From Mobula hypostoma (taxonomy: Eukaryota), in contig NC_086108.1 of the NCBI RefSeq assembly GCF_963921235.1, positions 85,686,001 to 85,750,000 on the forward strand: a stretch of DNA of 64,000 nucleotides. Reading direction: 5' to 3'. A program made the position numbers and the translations under genes. Below the pieces are notes generated by a model, which saw only the letters and a list, made by a program, of their open reading frames with translations, was not told the origin of the DNA and did not search any database. The first letter of the stretch is position 1. Each line of letters begins with the position of its first letter. Below, one piece after another: positions 1 to 12,175 of the stretch.

Positions 1-249
1 ATTGTGTCCCCACGTGGCCGGATTCCTCTCACACCCCTCTATCTATACAGCTCATCCTCTCCCTTGTCTGTTCATGTGGAGATGTGTTAATTAACAACAG
101 AGACAGCATGGGGATTGATTTGAACTGGAAATTACAAATATCTGGTAATCTGCTAATCAATATCAATGATAAGATCATGCTCACTTAGTGACTCTGATAA
201 AGGATCAGTTTCTAATCAAAGCAAAATGCCATGAATGCCAGAATCTAGA

Positions 250-560
250 AAGAAAACAAGAAAGTGCTGGAAAACGTTTAGCTGTCCAGGCAGCCTGATG
301 GAAGGATCGGGTTTTCTCAAGGCGAACGGTTCCTGGAACAGTAAAACTAAAGCAAATGCAGATGCATCAAGCAACACACACACAAAATGCAGGAAAAACT
401 CAGCAGGTCAGGCAGCATTTATGGAGAGAAATAAAGAGATAATGTTTTTGGCCGAGTCTCTTCTTCAAGATCGGAGTGGAAGGAGACAGAAGCCAGAATA
501 AGGAGGGAAGAAAGGGGTGGAGTACAAGTCGGCAGGTGATAGGTGGAGAGGGAAGAAGCA
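250..560 (-). mobile_element. Penelope-like pLTR fragments with degenerate hammerhead-like core
   Basis: Shares the 'acacaaaatgc..gaactcagcaggtcaggcagcat' arm with copies at 11930, 30263 and 34930. The minus strand at 441-470 reads TTGAAGAAGAGACTCGGCCAAAAAC. Confidence 0.6.
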
Positions 561-964
561 AATGCTGACAGAACTGCCAAAGATTTTACGTTTATTTTCT
601 GCTTTTAGTTTGTGCAAAAATGCCCTTCAATAACAGCAGATCAGTGTTCCACTCCGGAACATTTTGATCTGCTGGAAGGACTGCATGTATTTACTGAGAG
701 AGTCAGAGCTATTGTGATTTCATAGATGGACACGCCTTGATTGTTTTTCATCTTTCACACTGCAATTGTTACAAGTAAAAGGACCTGCATAACAGGGATC
801 ATCTGTGAAGCATTAGTTGATGTATAGTAGGGCTATAACGAATGGCATCTTTATCTTGTTGAAAACAAGAGGAGAATGATACAGTGCTGCATCTTGGAAC
901 CTGCACCTATAAAGTAATCAGTCTGGTTTGCTCATTGAGTCAAACAAGGAGAATACCGTATGCT

Positions 965-1500
965 GTGGGTGGCCACTTTATTTGGTACACCAGTACGCTC
1001 ATGCTAACATCTAATCATCCAGTCATGTGGCAGCAACTCAATGCATGCAGACCCGGTCAAGTGTTTCTGTTGTTGTCCATACCAGACATCATAATGGGGA
1101 AGAAATGTGATCTAAGTGACTTTGACCATGGAATGGTTGATGGCACAAGACTGGGTGGTTTGAATATCTCAGAAAATGCTGTTCTCTTGGGATTTTCATG
1201 CCCAGCAATCACCACAGTTAAGAGTTCATAGAAAACGGTGAGAAAAACAAAAAAAAAAATCAATTGAGTGCCAGCTCTGAGGGGCAAAAATACCTTGTTA
1301 ATCAGAGAGGTCAGAGGAGAATGGCCAGACCGGTTCAAGCTGACAGGAACACGACAATAATTCAGATAACCACCATGTTCCATAGTGGTTTACAGAAGAA
1401 CATGCCTGAGTGCACAACATATAGAACCTTGAAATAGATGGGCTACTGCAGCAGGAAAATGCAAGCATACACTCAGTGGCCACTTTATTAGGCACAGGAG
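965..1500 (+). mobile_element. Tc1/mariner deletion derivative (N-terminal HTH of transposase only)
   Basis: Translation MGKKCDLSDFDHGMV..GGLNISENAVLLGFS resembles a Tc1 transposase N-terminus. The terminal motif GTGGCCACTTTATT occurs at ~969 and ~1476. Confidence 0.8.
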
Positions 1501-1578
1501 ATGCACGGACTGAGGCACAGTGATAAACATGCCATTCATAGAGATAGTTTCATCACATCAGTGCATTGAGGGAGAAAA

Positions 1579-3461
1579 ATAGACAGTAGACAATAGGTGC
1601 AGGAGTAGGCCATTCGACCCTTCGAGCCAGCACCACCATTCACTGTGATCATGGTTGATCATCCAAAATCAGTATCCAGTTCCTGCCTTATCCCCATAAC
1701 CATTGATTCCGCTATCTTTAAGAGCTTTATCCATCTCTTTCTTGAAAGCATCCAGAGACTTGGCCTCCACAGCCTTCTGGGGCAGAGCATTCCATATATC
1801 CACCACCCTCTGGGTGAAAAAGTTTTTCCTCAACTCCTTTCTAAATGGCCTACCACTTATTCTTAAACTGTGGCCTCTGGTTCTGGACTGACCCATCAGC
1901 GGGAACACATTCCTGCCTCCAGCATGTCCAATCCCTTAATAATCTTATATGTTTCAATAAGATCCCCTCTCAGCCTTCTAAATTCCAGAGTATACAAGCC
2001 CAGTCGCTCCAATCTTTCAACATATGACAGACCTACCATCCCGGGAATTAACCTTGTGAACCTTCGCTGCACTCCCTCAATAGCAAGAATGTCCTTCCTC
2101 AAATTTGGAGACCGGAATTGCACACAGTACTCCAGGTGTGGTTTCACCAGGGCCCTGTACAGCTGCAGAAGGACCTCTTTGCTCTTATACTCAATTCCCC
2201 TTGTTATGAAGGCCAGCATGCCATTAGCTTTCTTCACTGCCTGCTGTACTTGCATGCTTGCTTTTGTAGACTAATGTACAAGAACACCTAGATCTCGTTG
2301 TACTTCCCCTTTTCCTAACTTGACTCCATTTAGATAATAATCTGCCTTCCTGTTCTTACCACCAAAGTGGATAACCTCACATTTATCCACATTAAACTGC
2401 ATCTGCCATGCATCTGCCCTCTCACCCAGCCTGTCCAAGTCACCCTGCATTCTCATAACATCCTCCTCACATTTCACACTGCCACCCAGCTTTGTGTCAT
2501 CGGCAAATTTGCTAATGTTACTTTTAATCCCTCATCTAAATCATTAATATATATTGTAAACAGCTGCGGTGCCAGCACAGAACCCTGCGGTACCCCACTT
2601 GTCACCGCCTGCCATTCCGAAAGGGACCTATTAATCGCTACTCTTTGTTTTCTGTCAGCCAGCCAATTTTCAATCCATGTCAGTACTCTGCCCCCAATAC
2701 CATGTGCCCTAATTTTGTCCACTAATCTCCTATGTGGGGATTTATCAAAGGCTTTCTGAAAATCCAGGTACACTACATCCACTGGCTCTCCCTTGTCCAC
2801 TTTCATAGTTATATCCTCAAAAAATTCCAGAAGATTAGTCAAGCACGATTTCCCCTTCGTAAATCCATGCTGACTCGGACCCATCCTGTTACTGCTATCC
2901 AGATGTGTCGTAATTTCATCTTTTATAATTGACTCCAGCATCTTTCCTACCACCGACGTCAGGCTAACCGGTCTATAATTCCCTGTTTTCTCTCTTCCTC
3001 CCTTCTTGAAGACAGGGACAACGTTAGCCACCCTCCAATCCACAGGAACTGATCCTGAATCTATAGAACATTGGAAAATGATTACCAATGCGTCCACGAT
3101 TTCTAAAGCCACCTCCTTAAGTTCCTTGGGATGCAGACCATCAGGTCCTGGAGAGTTATCAGCCTTCAGACCCAACAGTCTATCCAACACCATTTTCGGC
3201 CTAATATAAATTTCCTTCAGTTCATCCATTACCCTAGGTCCTTTGGCCACTATTATATCTGGGAGATTGATTGTGTCTTCCCTAGTGAAGACAGATCCAA
3301 AGTACCTGTTCAACTTGTCTGCCATTTCCTTGTTCCCCATAATAAGTTCACCCATTTCTGTCTTCAAGGGCCCAATTTTAGTCTTAACTATTTTTTTCCT
3401 TTTCATATATCTAAAGAAGCTTTTACTATCCTCCTTTATATTCTTGGCTAGTTTACCTTCA
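1579..3461 (-). mobile_element. CR1 LINE, 5'-truncated, frameshifted ORF2 reverse transcriptase
   Basis: ORFs 2474..3568, 2271..2477, 1896..2255 and 1669..1908 carry GNYRPVSLTS, YLDFQKAFDK, SGVPQGSVL, KFADDT and LEYCVQF. Short-repeat 3' tail at ~1580. Confidence 0.95.
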
Positions 3462-3780
3462 TACACAGAATAAAGTGTTACAGTTACAGAGAAAGTGCAG
3501 TGCAGGCTAGCAACAAGCTGCAAGGCTATGGTGAGGTAGATTGTGAAGTTAAGAGTCCACCTTATCATATGAGAGAACTGAATCTTATGACAGCAGGATA
3601 AAAGTTGCCCTCGAGCCTGGTGGTATGTACTTTCAGGCTTTTGAGACTTCTGCCAAGTGGGAGCAGGGAGAAGAGAGAAAGTTGGGGGTGGGTAAGATCT
3701 TTGATTATGTTGGCTGCTTCATCAAGGCAGCAAAAAGTATAAACATTCATCGGGGGGAAGGCAGTTTTTCATTACTTTCT
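3462..3780 (-). mobile_element. Older Rex1/Babar-type LINE 3' fragment; probably continues at 1510-1578 and is split by the CR1
   Basis: ORF 3565..3750 (AANIIKDLTHP..LFSLLPLGR..TTRL..FYPAVIR) matches the Rex1-type ORF C-terminus seen in other copies here. Confidence 0.65.
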
Positions 3781-3900
3781 GACCGGTGTCACCTATCTGT
3801 GATCTGTACAGCTCCTCCCCTGGTTGCAGAAGGGTTCTATTCCTTTGAACTTGGAGTGATTTCCAAATTGGAAATGCAAGGCAACTTCCCACCCAGGAGA

Positions 3901-3977
3901 TGCCTGCAAATCTTGCCTGCAAATGCTTGCTGAGCTGCAGATTATGCCTGCAAATGCTTGCTGAGCTGCAGATTATG
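3901..3977. repeat. Perfect 31-bp tandem duplication plus a partial third unit
   Basis: TGCCTGCAAATGCTTGCTGAGCTGCAGATTA at 3914-3944 and 3945-3975; partial unit at 3901-3913. Confidence 0.9.
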
Positions 3978-4454
3978 ATGTTCAGTAGAAGAAAAAAAAC
4001 TGCTTAAATTCCTTGTGCTACTTTAACGGTACACTCACCCTTCCCTGCTGCATGACTTCTGAAGACCTGGGGAGTGTAATTTGAAAGGATTGACTTAGTG
4101 AGAGGAGATTCTGATCCCAGCTGTGAGAAAGCTTCCAAGAACTGTGTTGTCCAAAATCGTGACTGTAAAGAATCTATCTCATAACGTGACTTAGACAGAT
4201 TTTGCTGCAAAATCAACAGGTTAACTATCTCAGTCTATGAATTGTAACTGAATGTGGTTAACCATCTGTAAAGCAGCCTTGGAGATTACTGCCAAATCCA
4301 GCCTGATTTCTCATTGTCTGCAAAATTTAAGACTTCTGCTGTTTCAACAGAACAAAAGGTCAATTTAGGATTACAAAGCCCAGTACATTATGTTGAATTT
4401 TGCCATTTAGAGAAGTTTGTCATATCTGCTTAGGTCCAGACCCTTTTCCGAATC

Positions 4455-6835
4455 CTCTTGGACGTGAACTGGATATCCAGATGGTATGTTGTCTCCCAGG
4501 TGCCAGGGTCAGGAACGCCTTGGATTGCATCCACAGCATTTTGAAGGGGGAGGGGAGCAGCCAGATGTCTTGGTACATATTGGTATCAATGACATAGGAA
4601 GGAAAAACAAAGAGGTTTGAAGAGAGAATTTAGAGAACTGGGCAGAAAGCAGAGAAGCAGGGCCTCCAGGGTAGTAATTTCTTGAATGCTACCTGTGCCA
4701 TGTGCCAGTGAAGGCAGAAACCGGGTGACTTGGTAGATAAATGTGTGGCTGAGAAGCTGGTGCAGGGGGCACGGCTTCAGGTTCTCGAAAGATGTGATAC
4801 AGGATCAGAAGAGGTTGAATCATTGTGGGTAGAGTTAAGAAACTGCAGGGACCCTAATGGCTTATGTACAGGCCTCCAAACAGTAGCTGGGATGTCTACT
4901 ACAGATTAAAATAAAACAGGAAATAGAAAAGGTGTGTCAAAAGGGCAATGTTATGATTGTCATGGGAGATTTTAACAATCAGGTAGATTGGAATAATCAG
5001 GTTGGTAATGGAGCTCAAGAGAGTGAATTTGTTGAATGCACATGAGATGGATTTTTAGAGCAGCTTGTTGTTGAGTCTACTAGGGGATCAGTTATACTGG
5101 ATCAGGTGTTATGTAATGAACTGGAGGTGAATAGGGAGCTTAAAGTAAAGGAAACCTTAGGAGACAGTGATCTCAATATGATTGAGTTCAACTTGAAATG
5201 TGATAGGGAGAAAGTAAAGTCTGATGTGACAGTATTTCAATCAATTAAAGGAAATTACAGTGGTATGAAAGAGGAGTTGGCGAAAGTAAATTGGAAGGAG
5301 ATGCTGGCAGAGATGACAGCAGAGTAGCAATGACTTAAGTTTCTGGGAAAAATGAGAAAAGTGCAGGATAGATGATTTTAAAACAAGATATTCAAATGGC
5401 AAACACAGTACGGCTGTGGCTGACAAGGGAAATCAATGCTAATATAAAAGCAAAAGAGAGGGCATATAACAAAGCAAAAATTAGTGGGAAGACAGAGGAT
5501 TGGGAAACTTTTAAAACCAACAGAAAGCAACTAAAATAATCATTAGGAAAGGAAAGATGAAGTATAAAAGCAAGCTAGCAAACAACATCAAGGTGGATAG
5601 TAAAAACTTTTTCAAGTATCTAAAAATTAAAAGAGAGATGAGGGTGGATGTAGGACCATCAGAAAATGGAGCTGGAGAAATAATAACAGGGGACAAGGAG
5701 ATGGCAGATGAACTAAATGAGTATTTTGCATCAGTCTTCACTGTGGAAGACACTAGCAGTGTGCCAGGAGTTGAAGGGTGTAAGGGAAGAGAAGTGAGTG
5801 CAGTTACTATTACAAGGGAGAAGGTGCTCAAAAACCTGAAAGACATAAAGGTACACAAGTCACCCAGGCCAGGTGAACTGCAGTCTGGGGTTCTAAAGGA
5901 GGTAGTGGTAGAGATTGTGGAGGCAGTAGTAATGATCTTCCAAGAATCATTGGACTCCGGCATGGTTCCAGAGGATTGGAAAATTGCAAATATCACTCTA
6001 GTCTTTAAGAAAGAAGAGAGGTAGCAGAAAGGAAATTGCAGACCAATTAGCCTGACCTCAGTGGTTGGGAAGATGTTGGAGTCAATTGTTAAGGACAAGA
6101 TTATGGAGTACTTGGTGATATTGGACAAGATAGGACAAAGCCAGCATGGTTTCCTTAGGGGAAAATCTTGCCTGATGGACCTGATGGAAGTAGGATAGAT
6201 ATAGAGGATGCAGTGGATGTTGTATATTTGGATTTTCAGAAGGCCTTTGAGAACGTGCCACACATAAGGCTGCTTACCAAGTTAAGAGCCCATGGTATTA
6301 CAGGTTACTGGCATGGTTAGAGCATTGACTGACTGGTAGGAGGCAGTGAAGGAAATAAAAGGATACCTTTCTGGTTGGCTGCCAGTGACTAGAGGTGTTC
6401 TGCAGGGTCATTGTTAGGACCACTTCTTTTTATGATGTATATCAATGACTTAGGTGATGGAATAGATGGCTTTGTTGCCAAGTTTGCAGATGATACGAAG
6501 TTTGGTGGAGGGGCAGGTAGTGTTGAGGAAACTGGAAGGCTGCAGAAGAACTTAGACAGATTAGGAGAATGGGCAAGAAAGTGGCAAATTAAATACAACA
6601 TTGGAAAATGCATGGTCATGTTCTTTGGTAGAAGAAATAACTATGCAGACTATTTTCTAACCAGGGAAAAAAAATCCAAAAATCTGAGAAGCAAAGGGAC
6701 TTAGGTTACGGGGAGAAGGCTGGGGAGTGGGGCTGAGGAACGAGAAAGATAATCAGCCATAATTGATTGGCGGAGAAGATTCGATGGGCCAAATAGCCTA
6801 GTTCTTCTCCAATGCCTTATGGTCTTGTGGTCTTA
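4455..6835 (+). mobile_element. Degenerate CR1 LINE with ORF1 SGNH-esterase remnant, endonuclease, RT and 3' end; two internal deletions
   Basis: MVCCLPGARV..ILKGEG (ORF1 esterase), MGDFN and LGDSD (APE endonuclease), EYFASVFT and AKFADDTK (RT). Abrupt jumps at ~4787 and ~6705. Confidence 0.9.
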
Positions 6836-6989
6836 CCTTCATTGCTTGTGGGCTGGTTGTGATGGTAGCCTTTTTCTTTAATGACAATAGATAGATCAAA
6901 ATCTCCTTAGGGTAAGTTATGGCTTCAGTAACTATATAAACCTGAGCTGAAGTATTTCTGCCAGTAATCCAAATCTAATCATTACTGGC

Positions 6990-7075
6990 GACACAAGAGA
7001 TCATAAATGCTGGGATATCTGTGAGGCAAAAGAACAGTCAGCATTTTGGGCCGACACCCTGCGTCAGGAACTGCT
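6990..7075 (-). mobile_element. Penelope-like pLTR fragment
   Basis: Starts ACACAAGAGA..GCTGG. The minus strand at 7041-7068 reads CCTGACGCAGGGTGTCGGCCCAAAATGC. Confidence 0.55.
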
Positions 7076-7189
7076 CAATTTAAAGTGCAAAAGAGATTAA
7101 GAGAGAGGAAAAAACAATTAAAAGCTCAAAGACGATCCAAGGAATATACTTCCAGCAAGAGACAGAAATACATATATTAAGGTTGGCGA

Positions 7190-7860
7190 TTCTCACCCTT
7201 CCCTCAGTCCATCTGTTACTGAAACCCTCATCAATGCTTTTGTTAGCCCCATCTTGACTATTCAAGAACAGTAGCACCTTGTATACATGCCACACTTTTT
7301 ATTAGTCGTAAAATGTCCAAGGGACTTCATGGGAGCCCTTTCAGGCAAGAATAGACACTGAGCCACTTTATGAGATCGTTGGCCAGGTGCTCAAAAGCTT
7401 GGCCAAAGAATTTTAATTGCACCACTATTGGTGATTGTATCTACAGTTGCCAAAGCAATAGGTTTTGGAATTTCTTCTAAACCACCCTAAAATGTAACCT
7501 TTCTTTCCACTTTGTGAACATTGTTTAAAACCTGCCTCTGAGCAATCATTTGGTCACCTTCTGTAACATATCCCTTATGTGGTTCAATGTCAAATGATAT
7601 TTGATAATGCCTCTGCAAAGTGCCTTGGGTCATTTTACAGTGTAAAGGATGCTACATAAATACATGCTGTCATTGTTAAACCTCTGTACCTTTCTTTGTC
7701 TTTAAAGCATCCTTAATCTAATCTCTTTGATCAAGTACTTCATGATATGTCCTAAAATGCAGTTCGGTGTCAAATTTTGTCTGCTAATTATCCTATTAAT
7801 CACCCACAGACATTTTACTGCATGGAAAGTGCTAATCAAATGCAAATTGTTTTTCTTGGG
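7190..7860 (+). mobile_element. Ancient L2 / L2-tailed SINE fragments
   Basis: LINAFVSPILT-like L2 remnant near 7205, and two degenerate 'gccttggg..ttttac..taaagg.gcta.ataaat' L2-type tails. Confidence 0.45.
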
Positions 7861-9154
7861 CGAGAGAAGGAAACCATGAAGATAAATCAGGAGAAGATTA
7901 AAAAAAAGAAAACCGAAGAGGAATTTGCAGAAATGTAGTCAGACTCTGGGAAAAACAGAGACAAGTCAGTCACTGAGGAAAAGAAGTCGAGGGGCCTGTG
8001 AGATACTCAAGGCCACGAAAGAGTCGTGTCCAGGTCAGACCTGATGAGATACATTGCACCAGTGTCTGCTTCATGTGTTGAACAAAGGCATCAGGGAATT
8101 TCATCAATTCAAGTCATTTAAAATGAATAATTAACGTAATGTAAAGAGAGAGCCAAGGAGTGAAATGATGCACTGAAGTGTTTGGAATAGGTACTGATAA
8201 TGCAGCATGTTAATTCCTTTACACGGTCCATGGTTCCCAGCCCCCCCGTGCCTTAGTCTGTACTGTGAAAGTGATATGCGAACACGTTCTCTGTCAGACA
8301 GGGGACATGTTTGAGAGGATGGGAAGGTCGCCTCTCGGGTGTGGTGGGGGGCGGGGGGAGGGGGAGCAGTAATGGTGTTCTTTATATTGCAGTCGTTCTC
8401 CAACTCAAGGCCACCTGACAATTGCAAAAGCTGACTGTCAACAAAGATGGGGCTTCTGGTGAGCTGGGAGGGGAAAATATATAATAACAATGAAACTGTG
8501 ATTTAGTGAAATTACTTCAGCACAAAAACATAATGTGACATGGGTAACCTTCACGCTCCAGGCCTGTACATTACATCCTTGCAGATTTATTTATAGTTAG
8601 TTTAACACTTCCATGTAGTGTATGTTCAATTGAAAGGGACTTAAACATTTCCCCTTTACATGAGTTTCACCTCCTATTTCCCTCTTTCTACAGGCTGATA
8701 TCTATGCCTATTAAAGAGTTAATATCTTGTAGCATGGTGATGAGACCTGGAGGAATTTCTGTCCCTGTGGGCAGCAATTTGTTCGAAGCTCATCTAACTA
8801 GTATGACTTGCCATGCCTTATAAAATTCATTTCTGTGTTTATCATCTTTTCGGTGACAGACTGTATTTGGATCTCTCTTTCTCTCTCCAGGGACATAGAG
8901 ACAAAAGCATGCAAACACAGATGTATGCATGCAGGCCAATGTACACTTTTACCTTCAGGTGTAACCTACAGGATAGACATTGATTCTGAAGGACCCTTTT
9001 ACTATTCTACTTAAGCTGGGGATGGCCAGGCTGAAATTATATTACTCCTTGATTACACAATGACACCGTTCACCTTTTACTCATTTGTCATATTGTTGCT
9101 CACTGCCTGAATTGTTTCGCTGTCCCTGATGGTGCTCCTGCCTCTTGTTCTCAG

Positions 9155-9182
9155 GCCATCATGCTGAACCTGCTAATGGAGG
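9155..9182 (+). other. Candidate 28-nt exon of unidentified gene (AIMLNLLME.)
   Basis: Acceptor cctcttgttctcAG, GCCATCATG Kozak-like context and consensus donor G|GTAAGT, in a TE-poor region. Confidence 0.3.
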
Positions 9183-10573
9183 GTAAGTGGAGTCAACCTC
9201 TGGTCCTGCCTTTGTCCCTTTGTGCCTCAAGCCTTTCCAGTGCTGTGGTGCCTCAGACAGTTGGAGGTTTTAACATGGTGTTTTTTTTCCCCCTCTTTCA
9301 CTATTCTGCCTGATGTGATCTGTACACTATCCCCTCTCACTGATTGTTGATTCATCTCTTTCCATTCTTATTTGCAACAGACTCATCAGAGGGAACATGT
9401 CATCTCAATGAGACAGATGAGCTGCATTCAGTGAGGATGATAGGACAAGCAATGCAGCCTCCTTTTAAACAATCAGCAAAACCAACTCATCTGTCAGTGT
9501 TGACTCATTCTCTCCAGACCAGCACGCGAAAGCAACGCATCATGACTGCTTTTTGCTGGTAGCCTGGGCTAAAATTCACAATCTATTTATCAAATCCTTC
9601 AGAGCCAGGAGAGTTGAAAATCATTTTTACCTACATTTTTTTATTGAAGATTTACTAAAAGTGCAGCTCCTTTCTAATTCTCCTTTCTCTGCATGAATCA
9701 ACCAAATAGGCGACCGAATCCTTTTCCTTACACGCTTCTACTGAAGCGTCTAAAAGAAAATGTGATATGTCAATCAGATCCTCTCTTATGCTTCAGTGAA
9801 GGAGTCAATGATGGCTTGAAACTTGGCCTTTGAGCATGCACACTATCACAACAACTGGGGTTTGGCTGACCTTGGGTCTAGAGTGTAGTCACTACAGGCT
9901 GAACAGTTTCCCATTAGTTCTGAGCATTAGCTTCTCTCCTGGGAGATGTTTGTCGAAGGTGAGGAAGAGTGAGAAAAATGTTTATGGGCAAATATGCACA
10001 TTAATTCGACATTAATTTATTAGGATCAACACACCTGTTATGTGGCAGACAAAGGCCCTTGGGTAACCTGAGACCCTGGACTTCTCGCATCAACTCTCAG
10101 TGAAGCTGACAGCAGTGATAACCTTCACCATGCTCTTTGATGCACCAGCACAGCCTTTGGTCAATGAAAGAAAAGGGTGTTCTAAGACCAAGATCTCAGA
10201 GCTGCCACGGAACTCATGGTCTACTGGGCAACAGTTTTCCTTGCCTCAGAAATCTTAACAGCCTACAGTGACATCTCAGGCTATGTTGTCTCTGCTTCAG
10301 ATTTATCAGCAGGATAAGTGAACATCAACCAACATTGTTTTAAATACCTGATTTCCCAGTACAGGCATTGGAAAAAAAATCCAGCGTTTTGGCTAAAGAT
10401 TCATTGATAACTGAAACATTCCTGAGAATCCTCGGTCTCAAAGTGGAGAAAAGGCACTTAGAGTCAAAGAGTCCTAAAGCAGAGAAATAGATCCATCCAG
10501 TCCATGGTGACCTGGTGTCCTGCCTAGTGCTATCTGGACCAGAGCCCCCTCCATACCCCTCTTGAATGTTACT

Positions 10574-11187
10574 ATTAGATTACATTAGATTATGAGGACA
10601 CTCGGTCCTCGTTTATTGTCATTTAGAAATGCATGCATTAAAAAATGATACAATGTTCCTCCAGAAAGATATCATAGAAACACAGGACAAACCAAGACTA
10701 AACTGACAAAACTACATAATTATAACATATAGTTACAACAGTGCAAAGCAATACCATAATTTGGTAAAGAGAAGACCATGGGCACGGTAAAAAAAGTCTC
10801 AAGTCCCGATAGCCCCATCATCTCACACAGACGGTAGAAGGGAGAAACTCTCCCTGCCATGAACTCCAAGCGCCGCAAACTTGCCGATGCATTGGAAGCA
10901 CCCAACCGCAGCCGACTCTGAGTCTGTCCGAAAACTTCGAGCCTCCGACCAGCCCTGCGACACCGAGCACCATCTCTGCCGAGTGCTTCGACCCTGCCCC
11001 GGCTGCCGAGCAACAAGCAAGCGGCAGCGAAACAGGCATTTCAGAAGTTTCACCACATGTTCCTCCGTGCTCTCATGTCTGCCTCCATCAAATCAGGATT
11101 GTGCACGGCACCCTACTTGACAGATAACAGATATCATTCACCGGAGTGGCTGCTGCAAGCTGCGTCGCACTGCCGCCATCTTCTCCT
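10574..11187 (-). mobile_element. Non-autonomous retroelement, copy 1 (YY1-motif head, AATAAA + hairpin + TAATC tail)
   Basis: Highly similar to 39606-40278. Minus-strand 5' end AGGAGAAGATGGCGGC; 3' end AATAAA-CGAGGAC-CGAGT-GTCCTC-ATAATCTAATGTAATCTAAT. Inserted in a CR1 3' remnant. Confidence 0.8.
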
Positions 11188-11599
11188 CCGCCAATTGAAT
11201 CTAGATCTACTACTGGCAGTGATAGAACAACAACTGGAATGGTATTGAAACCCTCAAAGTTATGAATCTGGATAATAGAGAGGCCCTGTGCACAAAAAGG
11301 TCAGATTGCCTCACAGAATCCCTACCCTCTTGCCTGTTGGGCACCGCACACCTCACCTGTGGAAGACTGAGTGGTTCTAACACTGACTTCAAACCCACAA
11401 GGTCAGAGTGGAAGCAAGACACCCTGTATCCTAAAGGATTGTTGAAAAATAATATCAATGGTGGCTTCCTGCAGAGTGAGCAATTTGAACTGAATGGTGG
11501 AAGTTTGGAGTTTGGCACCACAAGGAGTAGATGAGATGATTAAAATTGATTCATGTGGGAGAGTGAAAGGAACAGAAGGATGCACTGATCCAATCATAT

Positions 11600-11885
11600 G
11601 AAATGGTAGCACAGTGGTTAACACACAGCTCACGGTGTAAGAGTTCGAAGTTCAATTTCGATGGCATCTGTAAGGAGTATGTAGATCCTCCCTGTGGAAT
11701 GCATGGGTTTTCTCTGGGTGCTCTAGTTTCCTTCTACAGTCCAAAGACATACAGGTTGGTAGGTTAATTGGTCAATGTAAATTGTCCCGTGATTCAGCTT
11801 GGGTTAAATCGTGGGTTGCTGGGCAGTGCGGCTTAAAGGTCTGGAAGGGCCTATGAGGGACTGCATCTCTAACTGAAACAAAAAT
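11600..11885 (+). mobile_element. HE1/V-SINE-like tRNA-derived SINE
   Basis: A-box-like GGTAGCACAGTGG, B-box-like GTTCAATTTC, and V-domain-like 'gggttttctctgggtgctctagtttccttctacagtccaaagac..ggttaattgg..tgtaaattgtcc'. Confidence 0.7.
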
Positions 11886-11929
11886 GGGTGGAGACCCGTG
11901 TGATGCATTAACATTGTGTTTGCAGCTAT

Positions 11930-12175
11930 GGAGACACAAGTGACTGCTGATGCAGGAATCTGGAACAAAAGAAAGCTTCTCTGTTGCAAGCAACACACAC
12001 ACAAAATGCTGGAGGAACTCAGCAGGTCAGGCAGCATCTATGGAAAGGAATAATCAATGTTTCAGACTTGATGAAGGGTCTTGGCCTGAAAGGTTGACTC
12101 TTCATTCCTTTCCATTGTTGCTGTCTGACCTGCTGTGTGGCTCTGGATCTCCAGCATCTTCAGACTCTCTTGTGG
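11930..12175. mobile_element. Older fold-back Penelope pLTR mini-element
   Basis: Inverted arms (ACACAAG..CAGCAGGTCAGGCAGCA vs TGCTGTCTGACCTGCTG..CTTGTG) around TTGATGAAGGGTCTTGGCCTGAAAG at 12068-12092. Confidence 0.7.

Noticed and set aside
2474..3568. 364-aa RT ORF (and the 318-aa ORF at 57966) as a retron, DGR or novel RT system
   Set aside because: Motifs and 3' tails are standard CR1 ORF2. The copies are frameshifted and truncated, in a eukaryotic context.
5511..6263. 250-aa minus-strand ORF and similar antisense ORFs (59284, 59659, 63477)
   Set aside because: These are shadow frames antisense to CR1 ORF2.
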